Source of the DNA: Betaproteobacteria bacterium
GTDB lineage: Bacteria > Pseudomonadota > Gammaproteobacteria > Burkholderiales > SG8-39
DNA length: 64,000 nucleotides
Assembly (NCBI GenBank): GCA_004297625.1
Contig: SCTY01000010.1
Span: 74,324-138,323 of the forward strand
Direction of reading: 5' to 3'
The notes under the pieces are model-generated. The model made no database searches, was not told the DNA's origin, and worked only from the letters and a program-made list of their open reading frames with translations. The position numbers were made by a program, and so were the translations under genes. Within the stretch, counting starts at the first letter, position 1, and each line of letters opens with the position of its first letter. Below are positions 1-9,610 of this stretch, one piece after another.

Positions 1-686
1 CTGAAGCCGAGCTCGGCGAGGCGCAGCGCGATGAGCCTGGAGTCTTCGACGGTGTAGCCGTTCTTGATGAACTCCTCGCCGTTGAAGCGCACGCCGACGG
101 TGAAGTCGGCGCCGGCCTTGCGCCGCACGTTCTGCATCACGCGTCCGATCAGGCGCAGCCGCCCCTCGAGCGTCTGGCCGCCGTACTCGTCGGTGCGGGG
201 ATTGGTGCGCGAAAGAAACGACGAGAGCGTGTACGCGTGCGCCGAGTGCAGCTCCGCGCCGTCGAATCCCGCTTCGCGCGCGCGCGCCACCGCGTCGCCG
301 AACTGCTCGACGATCTGGTCGATCTCCGCGGCGGACAGCATGTCCACCGTCTGGCGCCAGCCGGTGCGCGCGACCTTGAGGAAGTGGATGATCTGCGGAA
401 CGATCTTCGCGTCCGAGCTCTGGTGCACGCGCCGCGCGAGCTCGCGCAGGCCCGGCAGGTAGCCGTCCTCGCTGATTCGCAGCAGCGGCCCCGATTTCAC
501 TTGGTGGATCGCCATCGCTTCGACGACGATCAGGCCCGCGCCGCCCTCGGCGTAGCGCGTGTAGCGCGCAATGACTTCATCGTTGACCAGGCCGTCTTCG
601 CGGCAAAGATGGGTCACCATGGCCGGCACCATGACGCGATTGGGCATCGTCATTGCGCCGACGGTGAGCGGCTCGAACAGCTTCAT
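1..686 (-). CDS. NADH:flavin oxidoreductase, Old Yellow Enzyme family (3' end outside window)
   Basis: Manual translation from ATG at 686: MKLFEPLTVGAMTMPNRVMVPAMVT...EAGFDGAELHSAHAYTLSSFLS...NPRTDEYGG, which are OYE TIM-barrel motifs. Not in the ORF track because it runs off the edge. Confidence 0.88.
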   Translation of the reverse strand, partial: MKLFEPLTVGAMTMPNRVMVPAMVTHLCREDGLVNDEVIARYTRYAEGGAGLIVVEAMAIHQVKSGPLLRISEDGYLPGLRELARRVHQSSDAKIVPQIIHFLKVARTGWRQTVDMLSAAEIDQIVEQFGDAVARAREAGFDGAELHSAHAYTLSSFLSRTNPRTDEYGGQTLEGRLRLIGRVMQNVRRKAGADFTVGVRFNGEEFIKNGYTVEDSRLIALRLAELGF

Positions 687-777
687 GGGGAAACGGACCC
701 TCCTGGTGGCGATTGGAGGCCAAGTCCGCGGGGGAGGGGTTAATCCAGATCAAGAAACTGGTAGCCTCGGTGCTGGG

Positions 778-3700
778 ATGCTTCGCAACGCGACTCTCGA
801 CGACAAGTACGCGCTCGAGCGCGGCGTCGCCTATATGAGCGCGCCGCAGGCGCTGGTGCGGCTGATGATGCTGCAACGCGAGCGCGACCGCGCCGCGGGG
901 CTCAACACCGCGGGATTCGTCTCCGGATATCGAGGCTCGCCGCTCGGCGGCGTCGATCTCGCCTTTACGCGGGCGGCGAAGCACCTCGAGCGCCACGACA
1001 TCCGCTTTCAGCCGGGGATCAACGAAGACCTCGCGGCCACGGCGGTGTGGGGCACGCAGCAGCTCGGCCTCTTTCCCGGCGCCAGGCGCGACGGCGTTTT
1101 CGCCCTGTGGTACGGCAAGGCCCCGGGCGTCGATCGCTCCGGCGATGTGCTGCGCCATGGCAATTCCGCGGGCAGCGCGCGCCATGGCGGCGTGCTGCTC
1201 GCCACCGGCGACGACCCGGCGGCGCGCTCGACCACTGTCGCGGATCAGACCGACCACTTCTACAAGGCGCTGATGATCCCGATCCTCGCGCCCGCGTCGG
1301 TGCAGGAAATTCTCGACCTTGGCCTGCACGGTTATGCAATGTCGCGCTTTTCGGGCTGCTGGATCGCGCTGAAGCTGGTGGCCGACGTGGCCGAAGGATC
1401 GGCCACGGTGGAAGTCGATCCGAGCCGCATTGCGCCCGTTTTCCCGTACGAGACGCGCCTCAACATCCGCTACCCCGACTGGATGCTCGAGGCCGAAGCG
1501 CGCTTGAAGAACGAGAAGCTCTATGCGGCGCTCGCCTACGCGCGCGCGAACAGCCTGAACCGCATCGTGCTCGACTCGGCGCGCGCGCGTATCGGGCTCG
1601 CCGCGGTGGGCAAGGCCTATGGCGATCTGCGCAGCGCGCTCACGGCGTTAGGGCTGGACGAGGCGCGGCTCGACGCGCTGGGCGTGCGCATCTTCAAGAT
1701 TTCCATGCCCTGGCCGCTCGAGCCGGAAAGCGTGCGGCGCTTTGCTCAAGGGTTGGAGGAGATCATTGTCATCGAGGAAAAGCGCGCGCTGGTCGAGGAG
1801 CAGCTGAAGGATCAGCTCTATCACCTGCCCGACGCCGAGCGCCCGCGCATCTTCGGCAAGCTGGAGGCGATCGGCCAGTGGGAGCCGCAAGCGCCGCAGA
1901 GCTGGCTCGTGCCGCCCACCGGCGAATTGACGCCGGGCCTCGTCGCTCGGGCGCTCGCCCGCCGCCTCGCCTCGTTGTTACCAAACGTAGATCTTTCCTT
2001 GAAGGGCCTGGAACCGCTCAATATCACCGGTATTCCGGTCGTCGCGCGCCAGCCGTGGTTCTGCTCCGGGTGCCCGCACAACACCTCCACGCGCGTCCCC
2101 GAGGGAAGCCGCGCGACCGCGGGAATCGGCTGCCATTCGATGGCGGTATGGATGGGACGCAACACTTCTACGTGGACCCATATGGGCGGGGAGGGGGTGC
2201 CGTGGATCGGGCAGGCGCCCTTCAGCGAGACGCGGCACATCTTCGCGAATTTGGGCGACGGCACTTACTACCACTCGGGGCTGCTTGCGATTCGCGCGGC
2301 GCTCGCGTCCGGGGTGTCGCTCACCTACAAGATCCTTTACAACGATGCGGTGGCGATGACCGGCGGGCAGCCGGTCGACGGCCCGATCTCGGCGCAGAGC
2401 GTCACGCGGCAGGTCGCCGCCGAAGGCGTCAAGCGCATTGCCGTAGTGAGCGACGAACCGGAGAAGTACGCTTCACAGGCCGAGTTCGCCGCCGGCGTCA
2501 CGCTTCACCCTCGCGGCGAGCTCGACGCGGTGCAGCGCGAGCTGCGCCAGGTTCCGGGAGTCTCGGTGCTGCTTTACGACCAGACTTGCGCGGCCGAAAA
2601 GCGCCGGCGCAGGAAGCGCGGCGCCTATCCGGACCCGGCCAAGCGGGTGTTCATCAACGAGGAGGTGTGCGAAGGGTGCGGCGACTGCTTCAGCGCCTCC
2701 AATTGCCTGTCGATCGAGCCGATCGCGACGGAATTCGGCGAGAAGCGCCGCATCAACCAGTCCTCGTGCAACAAGGATTTCTCCTGCGTGAACGGCTTCT
2801 GCCCGTCCTTTGTCACCGTTCACGGGGGTTCTCTCAAAAGAAGAAATCCCAAGGTGAGCGATTTGCCGGCAATCCCTGGCCCGGTCGTACCGCAAATCGA
2901 AAAAAGCTATTCGATCCTCGTCGCCGGCATCGGAGGCACCGGCGTGGTGACCGTCGGCGCGCTGCTCGGCATGGCGGCGCATCTGGAAGGGAAGAGCGCT
3001 TCGGTGCTCGACGTGACCGGCCTCGCGCAGAAGGGCGGCGCCGTGCTTTCCCACGTCCGCCTGGCCGCACGCGCCGGCGAAATCGACGGCGCTCGCATCG
3101 GCGAAGCGCGCGCCGATGCGGTCATTGCCTGCGATCTCGGCGTCGCGCTGTCCTCGGAAGCGCGCTCGAAGCTGAACGCTCGCACCCGCGTCGCCGCGAA
3201 CACGGCCGGCGCGCCTTCGTTCGAAGCGATGCTGACGATCGATGCGACCGCGCTCGCCGGTGACGCCGTCGCAGTCAATGTCTTCATGCTGGGATTCGCG
3301 CTGCAGAAGGGACTCGTGCCGCTGAGCGTCCAGGCCGTCGAGCGGGCGATCGAGCTGAACGATACGGCCGTGGAGCTGAACAAGCGCGCCTTCGCGCTCG
3401 GGCGGGCGGCAGCCCACGACCCGGAACGTTCATCCGCATTGGCCGGGAAGGGCAAAGCTGCGCTTGCGAAAACCCTGGACGAGATCATCACGGCCCGGGT
3501 CGCCCTGCTGACCGCGTATCAGGACGGCGCGTATGCAGACAAGTACAAGAAACTGGTTGAACGCGTGAGAAAAATCGAGCGGGAAAAGACCGGCTCGTCG
3601 AAACTTGCGGAGGCGGTGGCGCGCCAGTACGCGAAGCTCCTCGCCTACAAGGACGAGTACGAGGTGGCGCGGCTCTACGCCGCTCCCGGATTCACGGCGC

Positions 3701-4104
3701 GCGTCGCAGGCATGTTCGAAGGGGACTACCGCCTGAAGTTTCATCTCGCGCCGCCGGCGCTCGGCAAGCGCAAGCGCCAATTTGGCGCGTGGATGCTCGC
3801 TGTATTCCAAATCCTAGTAAAACTGAGAAAACTGAGAGGCAGCGTTTTTGACCCCTTCGGTTACAGCGAGGAGCGCCGTACGGAGAGGCGGCTGATCGCC
3901 GAGTACGAGGCGCTCGTGGAAGAGCTGCTGAGCTCGCTCGACGCCGAGCGGCACGCGCTTGCCGTGGAGCTCGCGTCGCTGCCGGACGCGATCCGCGGCT
4001 TCGGCCACGTCAAGGCGAAAAGCATCCTGGAAGCGAAGAACAAGGAAGCAGAGCTGCTCGCGCAATTGCGCGCACCGGAGCCGGAGGAGCGGATCGCCGC
4101 ATGA
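778..4104 (+). CDS. Indolepyruvate:ferredoxin oxidoreductase family, fused alpha/beta
   Basis: GFVSGYRGSPLGG, FCSGCPHN, GDGTYYHSG (TPP), CEGCGDC ferredoxin and GIGGTGVVT motifs. Start taken at ATG 778 (MLRNATLDDKY). Confidence 0.92.
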   Translation: MLRNATLDDKYALERGVAYMSAPQALVRLMMLQRERDRAAGLNTAGFVSGYRGSPLGGVDLAFTRAAKHLERHDIRFQPGINEDLAATAVWGTQQLGLFPGARRDGVFALWYGKAPGVDRSGDVLRHGNSAGSARHGGVLLATGDDPAARSTTVADQTDHFYKALMIPILAPASVQEILDLGLHGYAMSRFSGCWIALKLVADVAEGSATVEVDPSRIAPVFPYETRLNIRYPDWMLEAEARLKNEKLYAALAYARANSLNRIVLDSARARIGLAAVGKAYGDLRSALTALGLDEARLDALGVRIFKISMPWPLEPESVRRFAQGLEEIIVIEEKRALVEEQLKDQLYHLPDAERPRIFGKLEAIGQWEPQAPQSWLVPPTGELTPGLVARALARRLASLLPNVDLSLKGLEPLNITGIPVVARQPWFCSGCPHNTSTRVPEGSRATAGIGCHSMAVWMGRNTSTWTHMGGEGVPWIGQAPFSETRHIFANLGDGTYYHSGLLAIRAALASGVSLTYKILYNDAVAMTGGQPVDGPISAQSVTRQVAAEGVKRIAVVSDEPEKYASQAEFAAGVTLHPRGELDAVQRELRQVPGVSVLLYDQTCAAEKRRRRKRGAYPDPAKRVFINEEVCEGCGDCFSASNCLSIEPIATEFGEKRRINQSSCNKDFSCVNGFCPSFVTVHGGSLKRRNPKVSDLPAIPGPVVPQIEKSYSILVAGIGGTGVVTVGALLGMAAHLEGKSASVLDVTGLAQKGGAVLSHVRLAARAGEIDGARIGEARADAVIACDLGVALSSEARSKLNARTRVAANTAGAPSFEAMLTIDATALAGDAVAVNVFMLGFALQKGLVPLSVQAVERAIELNDTAVELNKRAFALGRAAAHDPERSSALAGKGKAALAKTLDEIITARVALLTAYQDGAYADKYKKLVERVRKIEREKTGSSKLAEAVARQYAKLLAYKDEYEVARLYAAPGFTARVAGMFEGDYRLKFHLAPPALGKRKRQFGAWMLAVFQILVKLRKLRGSVFDPFGYSEERRTERRLIAEYEALVEELLSSLDAERHALAVELASLPDAIRGFGHVKAKSILEAKNKEAELLAQLRAPEPEERIAA

Positions 4105-4784
4105 AGATCGCCTACTTTCTCACCTATCACGACGAAGCGAATCCGGCCCGCCGCGCCAGCGACGCAGATGTCAAGCAGTTCACTGAAGTGCTGACGAGCC
4201 TTGCCGGGGTTAACAGAGCCCTCGTCTTCACGCCCGAGAAGGCGAACGATCCGTACCTGAAGGACGAGCCGCCGCAGCTCGCCGCCGAGCTTTACTTCGA
4301 CGACATCGCGCCGCTCGAGCGCGCGGCAGCCCGTAACGGCGCGCTGCAGGCACTCGGCGATCTCTTCCCAAGCGAACATGTCACGCAGCAGGCCATGCTC
4401 GTGCGCAGCTTCGGCGTTCCCGAGCCGCTTGTCCTGAGCAATGACCTGCCGTGCACCTATCTCGTCGGCTACGAAGGCCCGGCCGAGGACCTGAACGCCT
4501 GGCTCGCGTATTACATCGAAAACCACCCGCCGCTCATGGCACGCATGCCCGGCATCCGCGAATTCGAGATCTGCACGCGCATCGACTGGTGCACTTTCCT
4601 GCCGTGGCGGCGCGATCCGTGCATGCAGAGGAACAAAGTGGTGTTCGACAGCGTGCAGGCGCTCACCGATGCGCTGCGCTCGCCGATCCGCCACGAGATG
4701 CGCGAGGACTACAAGCGCTTCCCGCCGTTCAGCGGGAAGGTGTTCCACTATCCGATGGCGACCCGCGAGCTTCTGGCGCGGTAG
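4101..4784 (+). CDS. EthD-like dimeric alpha-beta barrel protein
   Basis: ATGA overlap with the upstream gene. YYIENHPPLMARMPGIR and FDSVQALTDALRSP resemble EthD-type motifs. Confidence 0.6.
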   Translation: MKIAYFLTYHDEANPARRASDADVKQFTEVLTSLAGVNRALVFTPEKANDPYLKDEPPQLAAELYFDDIAPLERAAARNGALQALGDLFPSEHVTQQAMLVRSFGVPEPLVLSNDLPCTYLVGYEGPAEDLNAWLAYYIENHPPLMARMPGIREFEICTRIDWCTFLPWRRDPCMQRNKVVFDSVQALTDALRSPIRHEMREDYKRFPPFSGKVFHYPMATRELLAR

Positions 4785-6052
4785 TGACGACGGCCTTGCT
4801 GCAACGCTTTGCCAACATCCGGCGCGACGAACTCGCGCCGGCGCTGGTGGCCGGGCTGTTCTTTTTTTGCGTGCTCACGGCGCTGATGGTCGTGCGGCCG
4901 GCGCGCGAGGCGCTGGGCATGCAACGCGGCATCGAATCGATCCGCTGGCTTTTCATCGGCACCGTGGTCGTGACCCTCCTGGTGAACCCGCTCTTCGGCC
5001 TGCTCGTGAGCCGGTTCCGCCGCCGGGTCTTCGTCAACGCAACCTACCTGTTCTTCGCCTTCGGCCTGCTGGCGTTCCATGCATTGCTCGCGCTCGCGCC
5101 GGCCAGCATCGGCGAGCGGACCGGCCAGGTGTTCTACGTCTGGTTCAGCGTTTTCAACTTGTTCGCCACGATGCTGTTCTGGGCCATGATGGCGGACCGT
5201 TTCTCTCTCGAGCAAAGCAAGCGCCTCTTCGGGGTCATCGCAGTAGGCGGAACGCTGGGGGCGATCTTCGGCCCGTGGCTCGCAGCCGTGCTCGCGAAGC
5301 CGCTCGGGACAGCCGCGCTGCTGTCGGTCGCCGCCGGGTTCCTGTTGCTGGCGTTAGGGGCGGCGTGGTGGCTGACCGGCATTTATCCGGAAAAGAATCA
5401 CCCGCCGGCATCGAGTGCGCACGCAGTGATCGGCGGCAGCGCCTGGGAAGGATTCCATGCGGTTTTCCGCTCGCCTTATCTTCTCGCCATCTGCGCGTAC
5501 GTGCTGATCGTCGCCGTGATGGCCACCTTCATCTACTTCACGCGCCTGCAGATGGTGGCTGCGCTGGGCGCCAACCTCGACATGCGCACCGCGATGTTCG
5601 CGCGCATCGATCTGATCGCGCAGGCGGCAACGCTGGTCCTGCAGGCGATCGTCACCGGACATCTCATGAGGCGGCTCGGCGTGTCCGTGACCCTGGCGCT
5701 GCTGCCGCTCACCGCCGCCCTCGGCTTCCTCGGGCTCGCGCTCCTCGGCTCGCTGGCGGCGCTCATTGCATTCGAGGCGACCTTCCGCGCCGTGCAGCGA
5801 GGCATCATGCGGCCCGCGCGCGAGACGCTGTTCACCGTCGTCGCGCGCGCCGACCGCTACAAGTCCAAGGCGTTCATCGACACGTTCGTCTACCGCGCTG
5901 GAGATGTCATCGGCGCGCAGACCGAAGGCCTGCTCGGGCGGCTTGGCATGGGATTGGCTGCGCTCGCCTCCTTTGCGCTACCGCTCGCGATGATTTGGAT
6001 GGCGCTCGGCGTGTGGCTCGGCTACGCGCAGCGCAAGCGGGCCGCCGGATGA
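4784..6052 (+). CDS. MFS transporter, NTT/TLC (ATP/ADP translocase-like) family
   Basis: GTG start overlaps the upstream TAG. About 12 hydrophobic segments; FYVWFSVFNLF...FW...D...KRLFG and RPARETLFTVV...YKSKAFIDTFVYRAGD. Confidence 0.8.
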   Translation: MTTALLQRFANIRRDELAPALVAGLFFFCVLTALMVVRPAREALGMQRGIESIRWLFIGTVVVTLLVNPLFGLLVSRFRRRVFVNATYLFFAFGLLAFHALLALAPASIGERTGQVFYVWFSVFNLFATMLFWAMMADRFSLEQSKRLFGVIAVGGTLGAIFGPWLAAVLAKPLGTAALLSVAAGFLLLALGAAWWLTGIYPEKNHPPASSAHAVIGGSAWEGFHAVFRSPYLLAICAYVLIVAVMATFIYFTRLQMVAALGANLDMRTAMFARIDLIAQAATLVLQAIVTGHLMRRLGVSVTLALLPLTAALGFLGLALLGSLAALIAFEATFRAVQRGIMRPARETLFTVVARADRYKSKAFIDTFVYRAGDVIGAQTEGLLGRLGMGLAALASFALPLAMIWMALGVWLGYAQRKRAAG

Positions 6053-6963
6053 TTACGCGCCGATCATGGCTGCAGCGCATGGCGGCCGCGGCCGGCGCGT
6101 TGGCCCTCGATCCGCCGGCGCTTCTCGCACAAGCCGGGAAAGCGGACCTCATCACCCGCGCCATCCCCTCCACGGGCGAGCGGCTGCCGATCGTCGGCCT
6201 GGGCAGCTCGGCCACGTTCGCGCAGGCCGCGGGCAGCGAGGACGTAGCGGCGCTGCGCGCGGTGCTCGAGCGCATGACGGCGCTCGGCGGCCGGGTGTTC
6301 GATACGGCGCCGGCCTACGGCGCTGCGGAAGAAGTGGCGGGCCGCATCGCCCAGGAGCTCGGCATCGCGCAGCGGCTTTTCTGGGCCACCAAAGTGAACG
6401 CGGCCGCGCGCCGGCAGCTCGAAACGTCGTTCCGCAGGATCGGCAAGCCTGTCATAGACTTGGTGCAGATCCATAACATGGCCGACGTGCGCGGGCAGTT
6501 GCCCATCCTGCGGGAATACAAGCAGCAGGGCCGCGTTCGCTACATCGGCGTGACGACGACTTTCGAGGGCCAGTACGCGGAGCTCGAGCAGACCATGCGC
6601 AACGAGCCGATCGACTTCATCGGCACGGATTACGCGATCGACAACCGCCACGCCGAGGAGACGATATTGCCGCTCGCGCGGGACAAAGGGATCGCGGTGC
6701 TGGTCTACGCGCCTTTCGGCCGCAGGCGGCTTTTCAGACGCGTGGCCGGACGCAGCCTCCCGGAATGGGCCGCGGAGTTCGACGCTGCCTCGTGGGCGCA
6801 GTTCTTCCTCAAGTACGTGGCGAGCCATCCGGCGGTCACGGCCATCACGCCGGCCACCAGCCGGCCGGAGAACATGGCCGACAACATGGGCGGCGCGCGC
6901 GGCCGGCTTCCGGACGAAGCGACGAGGAAGCGAATGATCGAACTGGTGGAGGCACTGCCATGA
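6049..6963 (+). CDS. Aldo/keto reductase with twin-arginine signal peptide
   Basis: N-terminus MITRRSWLQRMAAAAGALAL. DTAPAYG, ATK and QIHN supply the catalytic tetrad. ATGA overlap with the transporter. Confidence 0.88.
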   Translation: MITRRSWLQRMAAAAGALALDPPALLAQAGKADLITRAIPSTGERLPIVGLGSSATFAQAAGSEDVAALRAVLERMTALGGRVFDTAPAYGAAEEVAGRIAQELGIAQRLFWATKVNAAARRQLETSFRRIGKPVIDLVQIHNMADVRGQLPILREYKQQGRVRYIGVTTTFEGQYAELEQTMRNEPIDFIGTDYAIDNRHAEETILPLARDKGIAVLVYAPFGRRRLFRRVAGRSLPEWAAEFDAASWAQFFLKYVASHPAVTAITPATSRPENMADNMGGARGRLPDEATRKRMIELVEALP

Positions 6964-7668
6964 AACAGGATCGTCGTGGATTCATGAAGATCGCGGGCGC
7001 TGTGATGGCGCTGCCGCTTGCCGCGCGGGCGGCAAACGGGGGGAAGATGAAGATCGGCATCGTCGGCTCGGGCAGGGTCGGCGGCACGCTCGGCGGCGTG
7101 TGGGTGAAAGCGGGGCACCAAGTCATGTATTTCATCCCGAGATCTCGAACACGACAAGGCGCTCGCCGCGAAGCTCGGACCCAACGCGCGTGCCGGAACG
7201 CCGCGCGACGCCGCCGCCTTCGGCGAGGCGCTGATGATCTCGGTTCCCTACAGCGCGCTGCCGGAGGTCGGCAAGGAGCTGGCGGGGCTCATCAAGGGGA
7301 AGGTGGTGATCGATACCTGCAACCCGTCACCTTCGCGCGACGGCGGAATCGCCACCTGGGCCCGGCAGAAAGGCGCCGGCCTGGCGTCGGCGGAGTTGCT
7401 GCCTGGCGCGCGCCTGGTCCGCGCCTTCAATGCCATCGGCTATACGCGCATGGGGCAGGCGCACGAGCAGCCCGGACGCATCGCGATGCCGATCGCCGGC
7501 GATGACGCCGAGGCCATCGCGCTCGCTTCGCGCCTGATACGCGACATCGGCTACGAGCCTGTCCTCATCGGCGGGCTCGCCATGGGCAAGCACCTGATGC
7601 CGGGAACCCCGCTCGCGGGCGAGCATTCGGCCGAAGAAGTGCGGAAAATCGCGGCGGCGCTCCGCTAG
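6960..7668 (+). pseudogene. NADPH-dependent F420 reductase-like (Rossmann) oxidoreductase with Tat signal, frameshifted near 7130
   Basis: MKQDRRGFMKIAGAVMALPLAARA...KIGIVGSGRVG continues in another frame as SSRDLEHDKALA...ISVPY...IDTCNP...VRAFN. Removing one T from TATTTCATCC restores one ORF, so this may be a sequencing error. Confidence 0.75.
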
Positions 7669-7678
7669 CGCTGCAAGG

Positions 7679-7939
7679 CTATTTCGGTTTCGCTGCGTAG
7701 GCGACGCACCAGCCGTTCGGGCTGATGTCGCCTTCGACCACCTTGCACTGGTTCGGCGCGACGAACTGCATGCACCCGCTGCAACGCTGATCGCCCTTCG
7801 GCTGGTCCTGATACTTCATCGCCGCCTTGCTCGCCTTGGCTTGCGCCCGGGCGTCGCGCGCGATGCCCGGCAGCACGGCGGTTCCGCCGGCAAGGGCAAA
7901 AATCCTAAGCACGCGCCGGCGCGCTGATCTTTCATCCAT
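7679..7939 (-). CDS. High-potential iron-sulfur protein (HiPIP) with Tat signal
   Basis: ARRRVLR signal; YQDQPKGDQRCSGCMQF...CKVVEGDISPNGWC gives four Cys. GGAGG RBS upstream of ATG 7939. Confidence 0.9.
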   Translation of the reverse strand: MDERSARRRVLRIFALAGGTAVLPGIARDARAQAKASKAAMKYQDQPKGDQRCSGCMQFVAPNQCKVVEGDISPNGWCVAYAAKPK

Positions 7940-7973
7940 GGCTCTGCCTCCTGCCATTGAAGACGAACTACCG

Positions 7974-8728
7974 TTATGCAAGAACCTTGCCCATTTTCCC
8001 GTAATGGAAGTCGACGAAGGCCTGCCGGATCTCCTGGCTCGTATTCATGACAAACGGCCCATGGCCGACCACCGGCTCCTCGAGCGGCTGCCCGTTCATC
8101 ACGAAGAGCGTCGCGTCGGTCAGCGCCTCAATCTGCACTTCGGCGCCTTTGCGATCGAAGATCACGAGCTCGGTCTCGCTAGCGTTCTCGTTGCCGTTCA
8201 AGAGCACCTTGCCTTTGAGCACGTAGATGGATGCAGTGTAGCCGTCGCGCAGGTCGAGCTTCGTCTTTCCGCCGGCGCGAGATCACGCGCACCGATCCCG
8301 CGTCGTTCGCTAGCGCGACGACCGGGATGTCGTTTACTTGCAGCGTCTGGTAACGCGGCGCCGTCATCTTCGACCTCGCCGGGAGGTTCACCCACAACTG
8401 CAGCACCTCGAAGCGCCCGCCCTTGCGCGAGAAATTCGCGCTGTGCATCTCCTTGTGCAGCAGGCCCGCGCCCGCCGTTCCCGGCGGTGTCCTCGTGGTC
8501 GACCTCGCCGTCAAAGACGACCGTGACCGTCTCGAAGCCGCGATGCGGATGCCAGCCTACGCCGCGCGGCTTTCTGGCCGGCGCGAATTCGGCCGGCCCG
8601 GCGTGGTCGAGCAGGATGAAAGGCGTCAGCTCCGGGCGCTCTTCATAGTGGAACACGGTGTGCACGGGAAAGCCGTCGCCGACCCAATGGCCTTCGCCCT
8701 GGCGGTGGATGCTAAAAACCTTTTTCAT
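7974..8728 (-). pseudogene. Pirin family gene disrupted by internal deletions and frameshifts
   Basis: HWVGDGF, PFILLD and HPHRGFETVT lie in one frame, AGAGLLHKEMH...QLWVNLP in a second, and EPVVGHGPFVMNT in a third. The GDVQWMT segment is missing. Confidence 0.88.
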
Positions 8729-8764
8729 CTGCGTTAGATGGAGGCTGAGCCGCCCAAAGCAAGC

Positions 8765-9322
8765 TCAGCGCCGCGAGCCAACGTACGCCACGAACCCCGC
8801 GAGGAATTTGCCCAGGCTGTCGCGCACCGCGGCATCCGTGATCTCGCCTTGCGCATCGAACACGCCGCCGGCGCGCGAGACGAGCAGCCGGCCGCCGGAC
8901 CACACGTTTGCGCCCAGCGTCTTGAACACCGGCAGCCACGCGTTTTGCGAGAGCACCGTGCCGAAGCCGCCCGGCGAAGCGCCTGCGATCGCCACCGGCT
9001 TGCCGCCGAACACCCGGCCGATATCGGCCGGCGGCCGCGACAGCCAGTCGATGGCGTTCTTTGCGACGCCCGGCACGCTGTTGTTGTACTCGGGAGTGAC
9101 GAGGAGCAGGCCGTCGGCGGCCGCGATCGCGTCTTTCAGGTGAGCCACCGCCTGCGGTATGCCGTGCGCCGCCTCCTCGTCGCCGTTGTAGAGCGGAATC
9201 GCGGCGATCGACTCGATGCGCAGCTCGGCGCCGGCCGGCATCGCGGCGGCCGCGGCGCGCAGCAGCGCCGAGTTGAACGACGCTCGCCTAGTGCTGCCTG
9301 AGATTCCTACGATGGTGACCAT
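8765..9322 (-). CDS. NADPH-dependent FMN reductase (flavodoxin-like)
   Basis: GISGSTRRASFN, TPEYNNSVPGVAKNAIDWLSR and ASPGGFG motifs. Start at ATG 9322. Confidence 0.9.
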   Translation of the reverse strand: MVTIVGISGSTRRASFNSALLRAAAAAMPAGAELRIESIAAIPLYNGDEEAAHGIPQAVAHLKDAIAAADGLLLVTPEYNNSVPGVAKNAIDWLSRPPADIGRVFGGKPVAIAGASPGGFGTVLSQNAWLPVFKTLGANVWSGGRLLVSRAGGVFDAQGEITDAAVRDSLGKFLAGFVAYVGSRR

Positions 9323-9364
9323 GCCCGGTTCCGTAGCATAAGTCACATTCACTCGACCGAGCTC

Positions 9365-9378
9365 ACCCAATATTGGGT
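9365..9378. promoter_or_regulatory. Perfect 14-bp palindrome ACCCAATATTGGGT upstream of the FMN reductase-pirin unit
   Basis: The palindrome is read directly from the sequence; an operator role is inference. Confidence 0.35.
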
Positions 9379-9610
9379 TCACAATCGCCGTAGTGCCGCG
9401 CTTGAGTGAACGTACGCACGTCGTCCAGTTCTCGCGCGCCGCCTGGCAGCTTGCTGCTCGAGACCAGGGCGCGAGGTTAGGGCGTCCAGGACAGGCAATT
9501 CGTCGGGCCGTGAAAGAAGGCACAGGCGGCCGCGCAATGGTTGGGTAGACTTCCTCACGCGTTGTACCGCCCGAGCCGCTTTCCGCCCGACGCCACTTGG
9601 GATTAGGCAG

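Noticed and set aside
571-777. N-terminal extension of the IOR ORF (also the ORF-track extensions of the FMN reductase, acnA, sdhA, sdhB, prpB and the mutase)
   Set aside because: The extensions overlap neighbouring genes or promoters. Family-typical N-termini begin at the downstream starts used here.
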